IMG/VR virus record: IMGVR_UViG_3300017750_000095
Location: 1 to 26,126 of that record
DNA: 26,126 bases
Source of the DNA: a virus
Lineage: Duplodnaviria > Caudoviricetes
Reading direction: 5' to 3' (one strand)
Of the stretch, positions 1-13,200 are shown piece by piece (within the stretch, counting starts at the first letter, position 1; every line of letters begins with the position of its first letter). The translations under genes and the position numbers were made by a program. The notes under the pieces were generated by a model that saw only the letters and a program-made list of their open reading frames with translations, did no database searches and was not told the origin of the DNA.

Positions 1-1228
1 CAAGTTCCACTACACCAGTGCCGCTTGCTAGTAGGACTAGGTTAGCGTTTGTAGAGTTTGTACTAATATTGTTTGCACTAATTGTTACTTCATCAATTAC
101 TGCACTATCAACAAACAGTTGCTTAAACCTAGCAGCGTCAGTACCAATATCAACATTACTATCTGTATTTGGCTCAATAATTCCATCCTTAAAGAATAAT
201 TGATCTTCGCCATTTGCACGGAATATTATACGATTGTCTGTACTAAAATCAATGTCGTTGTCTGCATCTCTACCAACTTTAAGTCCTGCGTTGAGTACAC
301 TTGTAATACCAACTTGTGCACCTGAAATAGCACCTACTAGGTTGTCTGCATAAACATTTGTATATCTTACAGTGTTTGTGCCTATATCAAATGTGCTATC
401 TGCACTTGGGACAATACTACCAACTGTTTGTATAACACCAGTACCGTTTGGCTTTAAAATAATATTTGCGTTTGTACTAATATTTTCAATAGTGTTGGCT
501 GCACTATTAATTTTTAAGTTTCCAAACTCTGGTGCTGTTGATGATGCAATACTAATACCATTTGTACTCTGCGTTAATACAATGTTATTTCCCTGTGTTA
601 GTTGTCTAAACTGGAAAGTAACACCTGATTTTCCTGCAAAAACATCTTTACCGTCTGCATTTTGGAGACTCTCACCTTGGTTGGCTTCACCACCTGCTGC
701 ACCTGGAAGTTCAGCAAGTTCAATTTTTCCACTACCACTGTTATAAACAAGTCCATGACCATTTGTTGGGCTATTCAACGTTGTGGTCAAAACATCGCTT
801 AGTTGGGTAATACTAATACTGTTTATTCTCGTTTGCACTTCTGAAAGACTTGGTCCAGTGTATGTAATAACACCTGTGGTACTGTTATATGCTAGACTTC
901 CGTCTCCGCCTGCATCTGTAACACTAATTGCATCTCGTATCTCTGCATCGCTAAGTGTGATAACACCTGTTGAAGCATCGTAAGCAGCGTTGCCGCCTGT
1001 GACACTAATTGCTGCTCTCGCTCTTGCATCTGTGAAGTACAAGTTTGTGTTTTCTGCAATGTTAGCAGTTGTTAGCGTAATTGCATTAGTGGTTGCGCTG
1101 ACACTGTTAACAGTTTTTACATAGGCACCCTCGATTGTAGTGGTACGCCCATCTAAATCACTGAAGTTACCGTCCAGTTCATTAAACGTAAGAGCAGTGC
1201 TCTTCGTATTTCTTAGTACTATAGCCAT
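1..1228 (-). CDS. Tail fibre / virion fibre-like structural protein (partial, runs off the left edge)
   Basis: Manual translation from ATG at 1228 (MAIVLRNTKSTALTFNELDGNFSDLDGR...) is open for 409 codons to the window edge. It has a GGAG SD at 1242-1239 and an ATAAATA motif upstream. The protein is rich in Thr/Ser/Gly/Asn, with duplicated modules typical of myovirus fibres (NLYFTDARARAAISV..YxxxTGVIT; IxPxxDSxxDIGT; TNANxxLxxxGTGV). Confidence 0.85.
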   Translation of the reverse strand, partial: MAIVLRNTKSTALTFNELDGNFSDLDGRTTTIEGAYVKTVNSVSATTNAITLTTANIAENTNLYFTDARARAAISVTGGNAAYDASTGVITLSDAEIRDAISVTDAGGDGSLAYNSTTGVITYTGPSLSEVQTRINSISITQLSDVLTTTLNSPTNGHGLVYNSGSGKIELAELPGAAGGEANQGESLQNADGKDVFAGKSGVTFQFRQLTQGNNIVLTQSTNGISIASSTAPEFGNLKINSAANTIENISTNANIILKPNGTGVIQTVGSIVPSADSTFDIGTNTVRYTNVYADNLVGAISGAQVGITSVLNAGLKVGRDADNDIDFSTDNRIIFRANGEDQLFFKDGIIEPNTDSNVDIGTDAARFKQLFVDSAVIDEVTISANNISTNSTNANLVLLASGTGVVEL

Positions 1229-1262
1229 TTTTCATATTCTCCGCATATGCTTGTCATGTCAT

Positions 1263-1270
1263 TATTTATC
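1263..1270 (-). promoter_or_regulatory. Putative T4-type late promoter (GATAAATA) for the fibre gene
   Basis: Plus-strand TATTTATC in the 1229-1286 intergenic gap is a 7/8 match to the T4 gp55 consensus TATAAATA, about 35 nt upstream of the ATG. Confidence 0.7.
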
Positions 1271-1286
1271 GCTCGCAAAACTTGTA

Positions 1287-4200
1287 TCATATTAGATCCT
1301 CTGCATAATCTGGGTCTACATAATCTAATGCAAAATAATTCTTTTCATTCAGTTCAAGTCTATAATTTGGTACCTGTGCCTGACTTGCTTTAAGGAAGTT
1401 AGCATTTATTGTAGTTGCTTGCTGTATACCTAACCCATTTGCTGCAGTATTATGTATTCCTGTATCATACCATGTTTTAGTATGTGTAGTGCTATCTGGT
1501 AAAGTTTGATCTTTACTGCCATCTACTACAATAAAGCCTGGGGTAATGCGCTGCAACATGCCTGTACCTGAAGTACCTCTTCGCAAGTTGGTTATGTAAT
1601 TGTCCTCTAGACTTACCTCCCAGTAGGTAATTCTCTCTCCGCCTATGAACACAACGCCAGGATGACTGCCATTAACATTAACAAATGGCAGTACACTTGC
1701 ATCCTCTACATAGATTTTTGTATCTGTAATATTAACTGTTTCTGTTACTACAGTAGTATTATCTTTTGCTAGTCTTAAATATTCCACATTTCCGTTCATA
1801 TCCTGGAATATTCTAAATCCAACTGGGTACTGTATTACATTTTCTGTAAAGTGTGTAATTACCACTATAGAAGTACCGCCAATAGTATCCTGCACTGCCT
1901 CACTCATAGTTACATTTTTTCCTAGCACTGTGTAATCGCCTGGATGTAACCTTCTACCATCAACTGTGATCCAGAAGTGGTTAACATTAGTTGCTGATCT
2001 ATCTATTGCATAAGTTCCTACTGTACCAGTAGTAACCTGTCTATCAAATCCTGCTGTATCAAAATTCACTTCATCAAATGCATCTTCAGTTGTTGCACTA
2101 CCAGTACCTTGTCCAACGTATACTTTTGTCTGTATACGCAATGGGTCATGATTACTAAATGCCTGTAACTTAATATCACTACTTGCTGTTTGAGGCACAT
2201 CTGCTGACATTGATAAAGTTTCACCATCTAAACCTATAGTAAAGTCTGCTGAAGTATTATCAGTAACAACAACTATGTCGCCTTCGTTTGGTGCTGTGAT
2301 CATTGTAACAAACTGTGTACCTGTTGATACAGTGTAATCTATATCTCGCACTGCACTAAGAGCTGGTGTACCATCTTTGCGTAAAATTGCTACGCTAATT
2401 GCACCTACAAAAGCAATATTTCCTTCACCACACGTTTGCGGGGTTGCAAACTGTAAACTACTTCCATCTGCTGTATGATAAACACTGTTTTCAGGACGTA
2501 CTCTTAAATCGTCAACTACTAGCACACTATTAGCACTCATAGGAGGAGCAAACTCTGTTCTTGCGCCGGCGAAAACATAGCCATCCTCAACATAATCATC
2601 AACAATCATTGTTAGTCCAAATAGGGTAGTAGTACCTGTTGTTTCTAACGTTTGTGTAACAAATTTAGTAGGAGCAGTTCTTGTATCTGCTTGATTAAAC
2701 ACAAACACGTGAATGTGTGCATCATTATCAGGTGGACTACTAAGTGTCATTAATGATCTGTTGTCCTGAGTACTGAACGTTGCACTTGTTTCCGCTCCAT
2801 CAACATAAATTAATGTTTGAAGTGTCCTGTCAGGAATGTTAGGCAAAACAAAACCTACTGTACTACCATCACCAATATAGGTGTAGTTGCCTATCATATT
2901 TTCGCCAGTTTGACTAAAAGCATAAATGTGCAGTATATCTGTTGAAGCCAACGGACTTGTTAATCTAATAGTATTAGCCCTAAAGTCGCTTGCAAATGTA
3001 TATTGCCTGATCTCATTTATATAAACAATTAACGATACAAAATCATCTTCACTTTTATTTGGATCGCCATAACTAAATGTCTGCAGTGTGCCTGTAGGAT
3101 CTGTATAACTTGTGTACTGTATCTCTGCACCATTGCCGTCACCTTCATAGTCATTACTGCTATGGGTATATACTTCCATGTCCAGTGTATCAAATATACG
3201 ACCTGGTATTAGTTCCTCTGGTGCATGACTGTTGTATGTATCAACAAATCCTGCGCCATCAACTGTAATACTTTCAGGTGCAACACCAAGTGCTAGTTCT
3301 ACTAGGTATCCAGGCGGTAAGTAACCAGGCTCTACAAATACATCTCCTATAATGCCTGCTTGATCAAAATCAGTGCCGCGGAATACAGTGTCTAATCCAC
3401 TTATTACAGCAATACCATCATCGTCAATTTGTATATCATCAAATCCAAGTACATCAAAATTGGCACTGTCAAATCCAGGATTTTGGTCAAAGCCAGGCCC
3501 AGTTACTTTTGTTCCACCATAGCCAATGCCATTTTGTAGTAACTCAATATCGTCCCCTATCATACCTGATGTAGGGTAGTAGTAAGCAGCAATTCTATCT
3601 GCAGCATTAGTAAAATCAGCATCTGCTTTTATTTCAAGCACTGTAACACCACTGGTGTTTTCTATACTAAAGGTTGCGCCACTAGTAAATGCAGTTGTAC
3701 ATGTGTATACTTCCTGTGTTTTTGTTGTTGTATTTTGATATGCAATAATATCATCAACTGCATATGCTGTGTTCTTAGTCCAATCTTTAATTGCGCTACT
3801 ATATGTAATACGATCAAATTTAATTGTAGTATCAAAACTTCTTATTGTAGTATTAACAAGTCGTGGACTTAGCAGTAGACCTGTTCCGCTGCCAGCAATA
3901 GTAATAGTAGGTTCCTTAGTGTAACCACTGCCCTTGTTTGTCATATTGACATTAACAATTTCAACACTGTTTGTAATAGCAACTGCAGTTGCTTGTACCC
4001 CACCTGTTAAATCAGGCGCACTAATTGTAATTGTGGGATCAGTAATATATCCTGTACCTGCGGTTACAATTTCTATACTGTCTAAACTATATCCGTAGTT
4101 TTCACTCCATGGCTTGTTAAGTCCCTGGGTTTGCAATATTTCATCACCTGCAAAATCACCACTTGCCTTGTGGAAATATAAATTGTTTTCATCATAAAAT

Positions 4201-7200
4201 GAATGTATATCAAAGTCAGTTGTATCACTTCCATAGGTATCTACTTTATCATACTTGCTGACATACTCACGAATTTTAGTTTTGTAAGGCTTAACCTCAT
4301 TAATAAAATCTTCAATAAAGGTTGTGTTATCAAATTTAAACGTATTGTATTGATCTAAACTACGAATCTTGTGTGCTACAGTAATGAAACTTGACTTAAA
4401 CAACCAATCCTGACTAAAGTTATTTTCGTTAATGGCATATTCCATCAAGCGGAAGAACAATTCATTCATATTAATTTCATAGTCACCTATGAATAAATCA
4501 TTCTTCAGTGCATCAATAATCTGTCTAATTTCATCTGCAGGTACTTTATCAAATGCTGCAAAATCAAATCCATCATTGTCAAAACCAGTTGCTTGGAAGT
4601 TACTATTAGCAGTTGTAAAACTGTACAAACTATCATTAAACTGTAGTGTACCTCGTTCAATAACTACTTCGTCCCAGCCTGTATCTGTTTTAGCAAACAT
4701 GCTAAAGTTGCCTTCGTCATTACTTGTTACTTTTGCAACATCACCTGTAACTGCATCGGTAAGTGTAAGCAAGTCTGCTTCCAGTGTAACTTGATATTTT
4801 GGAACAGTTGTTCCGTCATAACCTGTTGAATAATAGGTTGCATAATCCCAGTAGTCTGCTGTGTTATAACCCTGTACATTAGTTAACTGATAACTCTTAT
4901 CTGCTTGTAGTGTATAAATTGCCCAGTAGTCACTAAGGGTCTCATCTTCAAGAACAAGTACTTTATATCCAGTTGTAAGAATTGCAGTGTTTAAGTAATC
5001 TCTTTCAGCAATTGAATCTACACTAATGTCATATTCACCACTGTTTACAGTAGGAATATTCTCGCTGCTTAGTAATCTGCTTACACTACTATTTCTAGCA
5101 AAAGGTGCGTTAACTAGTATACCATTACAATATTGTGTTAAAACTTTTAGTGCTGCAGCACGGTTAACAAACATGCCCTGTCTTGGCTGGGTAAGTACTC
5201 CATATTTTTCAACATCACTTAGGAATGGATCAGGCACAAGATTGCCAACACTGTCACTGCCTGCTAGACTATCAACTAATTTTGTGTACATCCTAGTAGG
5301 AATGTCTTGGTCAACATTGCCTCTGCCAAACAGTTCATATTCACTGTGAAGCACACCCTCGTTTTTCACTACATCATAGTTTACACTTAGCACTACATCA
5401 CTGTCCGCAAAATATTGTTTACAGTTGTATAGTGCTATTGCATTTTTGTCAACAATTGCAATGTAAGGAACGCCCTGTGCTTTTGGATCTTCTATTAACT
5501 TTGTTACACTGTCTGCACTTATTGTTCTAAACTCTGCCTCTACTGGAATATCAGTTCTACCTGAAACCCAGAAATAGTAGTATGTCTGTGTATTATTTTG
5601 ACTAGAGTTGTAAATTACTGCAGTTGAAAACTTGGTTACGTCTTTTACTGTGCCTTCGCCAGTGTATTGCTCAGGCGGTACAGCACTTTCTATCCATTCA
5701 TAAACATCAATGCTACTTCCAGGAAAAGCAACATTCCAATAGTTTGTTCTGAAATCCAACTCACCTTGTTCTGATAATAGGTAATGTACAGTGCTAGTAT
5801 CCCACCAAAGTGTATTATTTTGTTTGTAGTTCCATTTGTTGTTATCATATAGTGCAGGATCATTATGACTTACAAACGATAATTCACTTTGTGCAACTCC
5901 TGGTATCTTTCCCTTGGTTGAATCCAAATAATCTAGGAATACCTTTATTTGCCCATCTTTTTTGTTGTAAAGTGCTACACGATTTATCTGCGTCACATCT
6001 ACGCGATCGCCTTCACTGCGCAAACTTGCCCAACTACTATCTCTTGTATTGTTATTAAATTCATATACACTGCCACTGTTATCAAATGTTCCTGTATCCT
6101 GAGGAGCACCAATGAATATTCTGTTATCACTATACGCTGCACTTGCACCAAACTGATCTAGTGTTGCTACGTTTGTACTCTTAAGTGCTTGTCCAAACAC
6201 CATTAGACTTGGGTTTGCTAGTGTTGGAGCATTGCTCTCCAGTAATTCGTACAAATATCCAGCACCACTTTGTGTGCGTCTGTCTGTAAATGTAGTGCCG
6301 TTGCTATCAAATGTTGTGGTTGCTTCAAGGTAGTCTTCACTGTTACTATTTTGCTCAACATCAAATCCAACTGCAAGCATTGTACTTGCTTTGTCACTTG
6401 CAATTACAAGATTGCGTGTTCCAGGATTGCTTCCTATTCCTATCTCAACATTTTTATCAAACGCAATAGTACGTCCAAAATTTTCATTTTCAAATGCTTG
6501 TGGATGGTTAATTTTTTGTGTAAACTTATAAATTTCAAATACATCGTCTCTGAGGAACATTTGTCCACTACCAGGATTAAGCGTAAGTTTGTTATTAGTC
6601 TCTGTACTAGTTGTAGTAATGACAACTTGTCCCAAACTGTTTACACTGCTAGTAACTCCAGGCACTGCAGCATTAAGTATATCGTCACTTAGATTTGCTG
6701 GATTGTCTGCACTGCTAGATACAGTGATTAATTTATTATTCAAGTAGAACGTATCGCCTGCAGTTTGTGCATGTGGAACATTGGTAGTCACTGTGCCATA
6801 ATTTTTTCCTGTATCCTGGAATATAAACACACTGCCTGTGTTTGGATTTGTTTCATCCTCGCCTGGACTTCCAATAGCAACCATGGTAGCATCGTTATCA
6901 ATAGCAACACTATATCCAAACTGCTCACCTTCTGTAACAGTTTGTCCTGTAATATTTTGATCTATTTTTTGTTTTTCAATAAATGTTCCAGTGTATACTA
7001 CAATTCTTGCACCACTTGCTGGTGTGTATTTGAATGTAATTACTTTACCTGAACGTGTATAAAATCCATCACTGGATCCATCATTATCAATTGGAACATC
7101 AGGATTATTTGTCTCAGTCTGTAGTATGCCATCTACCTCAACAAATATCTGTGTTTGTAAATCTTCAGTTGTAGTAAAGGCTTTTGTTGTACCATCTCCT

Positions 7201-10200
7201 GCAAATTGCTGTACAACCTGACTTTGTATACTAACTTCACCAGCATCACCAAACACTGTACTATCCGCACTTGCAACACTTGCATTAGGTGCACCAATAA
7301 TTACTGTGCGACCTTGATAATCACAATCTATAGCAAAACCGTAGTTGTCACCACTTGATGCATCAAATGGTTCAAGCATATCGCTTAGTGCGTAATAATC
7401 TTCTTGTCTAACAACAACATCTAAATTATTGGCAGGTGCACTAACAAATACAATGTTCTGGCTACTAATTGAAAAATCTTTAGTAGGCAAATACACGTTA
7501 CCATTTTCATCTGTCACATTAAGTGCTAGAATATTAATTGGTGTAAAGCCAAGAGCAAAAGTTTTTTCACTACCATCGCCTGTTACAGTTTTAACTTCCT
7601 GACTTGATACAGGTATAGTAACTTGTGTGTAACAATAAATGTCGTTACCGCCTGGTGCACCAACAAACAAATATCTACCATTGCCGCTCATTGCAAGGCT
7701 AGTGCCAAACTTATCACTAGATCCTACACCTGCAGGACGTATTGCAGGACGTCTATTAAACTGTCCACTACTATCAACGTAGTAAATGAATACTGCGCCT
7801 TTGCCGCTTTCTGAATCAGGTGCACCTACTGCTACATAGTCAACACCTGCAGCAACGCTGTGTCCAAAACTATCAACTGTGTTGCCAATAGTTGCAACTG
7901 CAAATGGGTTACCCTCTACTAGAACTCCGCCTTCGCTGCGAACATATGGAGTAACTAGTCCATAACCATTGTCTGGAGCACCAACAATTGCTACAGTTGC
8001 GCCTCTGTTAAGTGCTACACTTGTACCATACTTGTCGTCTGCATTAATACTAGCAGCAGTTTTTACACCCGTTGTTGTCCAAGGTCTTGTATTTTGCAAT
8101 ACTTGCCATTTGCCGTTATTGTCTTTATCAATCCAAACAAGTTCTTTATTATTCCAACCACTAACTGGAGTGTATGTGCTTAAACTACTTGGTTGAGCAA
8201 AACGTACATTACTAAGTTTGTACATAGGAATGTTTATATCTTTTATTTCTGCTTCTGTTTCAGCATCTACTATTGTAAACTTATTAGGTGCTGATACTTC
8301 ATAAATTTTTGCTACCTTGCCAATTGGCTGCGCAGCGCGGATAATAACATAATCATCTTCAACAAGTCCATGATTGACATCTGTAGTATAAATTAAATAT
8401 CCATTGCCAGTGCTTTCAACGCTTGTAACTGTGCTAAGTGTTTCATCAATTCTACGGATACTCCAGGTATTGGAATCATCAGTGGCAATCCAAATTTTCT
8501 TACCTTTGCCTAGTTCTTCAATTCTGTTGCTTAGTCCAAGTAGTTCTGTAGTATTGAATACTGTAAAGTCTACATCATCTAAACGTGCATAACCTGCACT
8601 GTCTAAATCGCTTAGTGTATTTGTATTAGAATCTCGCGTTGAGAATACATCTCCGTTATAGTTGTTGGGTTTTTTATAAAGATCTTTTTCCTGGACATGA
8701 TAATGCCCAAGTTCAGTGCTACTTGGCAAATCACCATCTGCATGGTAATGCAACACAAAAGGATTATTAGTTGCTTGTTGTTCTGGAATAATTGTTTCAA
8801 TAATTTGGTTACTATCTATACTTCCATATTCACCAACACGGAATGCCCACTCCTCGAAATAGTCAATAGTTTGATCAAGATTAGTAAGTTTAGCATCAAT
8901 TAGTTTGTTAATTGCTGCGCCTGTGCCTTTTTGTTTTACCATGCCCTGATAGAACTTAACCTGACTTACATCATCTAACCCTAGTCCTGCAAGATAATCT
9001 TTCTGATTGAATCCAATTATTCCCTTGCCTAGTTTGTCTACACCATCCTCTAAATTAAGATTATCAGTTTCAAAAAAGTCTTTAAACTGGGTTGCTTTGT
9101 TTGAAAGGTTTTTAACAAGTCCTGTCTTAATATTGTCTGCAACTGTCCAGTTATTATAATCAAATACAGTACTACCATCTACTGCATATTTTGCTACATA
9201 AGTAGTGCCTTGGAAACTAACAATATCGCCTTTCTTATAATCAGTATAGGTTGCCCAAACGTTAATTTTATCTTCGTTAATAAAGAAGCCAGGAGCATGC
9301 AGTGTTCCGTTCCAGTCGCCACTGCGAGCACCTATAAGTTTTAACCTACTATGTCTATTTCCTAGTTGTGGCTGATATATAACATCATTAAAGATTGTTG
9401 TATTATTAAATACTAGTACATGTTCATGTTGGATAGGATCCAATTGCACACTGTATAACTGTGTATTTTCTGCATCTACTTTAATTTCAATTACATTATC
9501 TATTCTGCTTACATCATAGAACTTTGGATTAATAATACTTCCATTTGCATCTTTTATTTCACCATTGGTTCTAACGTCATCAATAGTAGCATATGCACGA
9601 TTTACTGTAAGCGTATCACTGTAAGGACTAATAACAATAACACTACCAATGGGCCATTTTTGATCTGTCCAAAAAGCAAATTCTTTGCCTGCACTGATAA
9701 AGTCGTTCTTTGCACCAACGCCTGTTGTGCCATCAAATACAAATCCACGACTTAGTAAGTATCTTTGATAACTTACAAGAAAATCAAATACTTGTTGCCG
9801 ATTTGTAATTACTGTGCCATAGGGTATGTTTACAATACGATTTTCAAAGTCTTTATACTCTAGGTATACTGTTTCGCCAACACTAACACGAGCAGGATCT
9901 GTACCTTCACTACTAGGGATGATTTTAAAGAAAGGATTCTTTATATCATACCCTTGTATTTCATAGCCATCTTCTCGTTGAATAATCTGTACGCCGCTGT
10001 ATACAACACGCTCCAGAGGTAAACTCTTTTTAGTATAAATGTTAAGGTCTTCGTCAGGTATAAAAATATTTTCACTAAGACTACTTGGGGTAACACTTTC
10101 AGCAACAACCTTAAGGTATTGCTTATCTGTAAAGCCTGCCATACCATAGCAAAGGTTAAGTTCTAGATTATTAATTTTGTTTACAGCATCATCAACGCTG

Positions 10201-13200
10201 AAGCCATTGTATCTTAAAAATTCACTTATAAATTGATTGTAACCCTCTACTTGTTTAATAGTTGTGCCACTTGTTTGAGAATGCAGATTAAAGTCTGCAA
10301 TGCCAGGTCTGTAGCTCTTAAACTTTTGTAGTATTTGGTCATACTGTGCGTTGTTTTCAAACAAGTTAGTATCGAACATAAGTGTGCCGTACTTTGCTGC
10401 TTTTAATGTTGCAGCAAGTATTTGCACTACAAATGGATATTCACTACTGCGCGTCCATGCAGTTTCGCCAGGCGACCCATCACTAAATGCCCAATCGTCA
10501 CTAACATTTGTACTAAACGCATCTTGTACTAGGAATTCTGCAGGACTACGAAGTTGACCCTGTTCGTTGACAGGTATAATACTCATTAAATCTGGACGCT
10601 GGCGTCTTGTATCAGTAGTAAATGTTGTTCCTATTGCGTCGCTATATACTTTTCCATCACGCAAATCTTCCCATAGTACTGTGTTGCCACTTGTATAAGG
10701 AGCAACACCATAGCGTGAATCCCACCAAATAGGTTTTTCTTTGATGCCCAACATTTGCCATGGCTTAGTATGAGGAGTGTCTGTATCAAAGAACCAGTTG
10801 TAAATTGCACGCCAATGACCTGGGATTCTACTTCCATCCAATTTATAAACACTGTTTCTATAGTTCCAAGTAAATGGATTACCTGCTTCAACTGTATCAT
10901 TTTTCTGCATTCTTACTTTATTACGCAGAGCCCATTCACCAAAGTAACTACGGATAATGTTATTTGCTTCTGCAAAATCAATAAGAGTACTACGGAAATA
11001 TCCAGGAATTACTTCTGCAATATCAAATAAGTCTTTGTTATACTGTGTCTTAATATTATTGAATATACGTTTTTCAAGTTCTAGTACAACGTTGTCTCTG
11101 ATGTCGTCCCAGCCTATCCATACACTACCATCGTGTCCTTGGATAACAGTTTTACTTACAGTATATGTGTCATCAGTATACTTGTTTGGTATAAACTTTG
11201 GATACAATCCCATTGCAGTAGGTGTAGGTGGTATAAAACTACCATGTGTATTTGTATATTCTACAATTGTAATTTTGTCATTTACACTAAGTCCAATTGT
11301 TGCAACATCCAAATTTGTTGAACTAAGGATTATTTTTGCTTCAGTAGTATCAAAACTATAGTCCTGCCCCTCAACTAGTAAGTTAGCAACATTTGTGCTT
11401 GCTGGTGTATGATATATTAGTACACCAGTACTGTCTACACTGGTAAGATCAAACTGGGTTGTAAATTCAAATTCAGTTTCACTTGCGTCATCAATAGTAT
11501 ATACTAGTTGTGATTTTTGATTTCCCCAGGGTGCCATATCGCTGTAGTAAAATGGGAAAGTGCTAGTTTTTGTGCCTGCCATAAACAACAGAATATCATC
11601 AACACACTTTGCAGGGTCTGTTAAGTCAAGGTCAAGTTTATTAATGTTATCATAAAATCTATTTTTGAATTTAGTATATTCATTCTTAACAAAGTTTATA
11701 CTATCAATAGTGTTTGCTTCTGTATTACTCAGTAAGTGCATTGGCAATATCATGCCAGCACTGTGTTGTAGTATATTACCTGGATAAGCACGATAATTGT
11801 TATTGCGGAGATTACTGTTGCCTGGAGCAACACCTGTTAGTGTTTTAATTTGTCTACTAACTTCCACAGCATGGTTACGCATTTGTCCAAGTGTTAGTGT
11901 TTCAAAGGTTGCGTTACCTGCATTGTTTTGTAGATTATCTGGTACTTCATAAAAACTATTTGCTGCTTTAGTTGTACTAATAAACTTAATAACAACTACA
12001 TCATTTTCATTAAGCGCGGTTGTAAACACAACATATTCTCTATCAAGTTGTATTAAATGAGTGTAATCAGTTTTATATATAAACTGTCCATTTACACTTA
12101 CCTGTAGTGGCTCTCTAATTCTACTTGTATCAACGCTTGCACCTATTTCAAAACTGTTTAGTTCATTTGCACTAACCTCATATGTAACAATCTGATACTG
12201 GGTGCTATTTTCAATAGTTTTTGTCCAGCCATTGTATAGTACTCTATTTCCGTCAATATCAAACTGATGTGCGTGTCCACTGCGTACAATTACATTTGTA
12301 TTACCTGTGCTTTTTGTATATTGAAACAAATCACTATCAAAATTGTTATCAAATACAATGTCACCGATTGTGCTAAAGTTTTGATAACTTAATCCAAAGT
12401 TTAGGATTGCATCTGGACTATTGTTATTGTTACGCTTATAACTAAACAGTTTGTTTCCAGTAAAATTACTACTTGGATATGTTGTGGTGTTACTAAAACT
12501 TACATGATCTGGATCAAATATATCAAACAATGGATCCTGATTTAGTGTTGTTTTTTGTTGTGCTTCAGTCCAAGTGGTTCCATCTAAATAAAATTGCTTG
12601 CCCTGATTGGTTGCACCAAGTGTACTAAGCACACAGTTAGTGTCTACTACTGTGCCAACTTCTACTAGGTTAATAATTTCTTGTTTACCTGAGACATTTC
12701 CCCCATCTGCGCCAACAATTGTACTATCTGCAAAAATTTGTAGGCTATCAGTAGTTGCTGCACTTTCATCTGCAATAATTATATCTACACGATAAATTTT
12801 TGTTGCTACATCACTGTCTGTGTCTGCACTAAAAATAACAGTGCTATCTTGCTGCAAATCAATGCCATCAGAAAAATAACCTGTTGTGCCATTTACATTA
12901 CTAAGTGCATCTGTTTGTGTTGTGTCTACGATTGTAACAGGAGCAACACTAGTTGTTCCCATGTTAAACAATTCTAGTCCACTATGGAATTCAATTATTG
13001 GACGTTTTGCTCTTGCAGTGTCATCCAAATCTGCAGTATAGTTATTATAGGTTGCTGTTGCTTCTATGACCTGTCTATGGAACCAGCGATTGCCACGACT
13101 CCAGGCATTACGATCTGGACTTGAACGATTAATAGTGATGTAATCCTGATCTTTAGGAGCATTTAGTGTACCGTCCCATCCACCAGCATCATATGCTACT

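Noticed and set aside
1182-1250. Out-of-frame ATG at 1235 opening a 17-codon ORF, and a 5-bp CATAT/ATATG stem around the SD
   Set aside because: The SD-to-ATG spacing is only 3 nt and the stem is too weak to support a regulatory claim.
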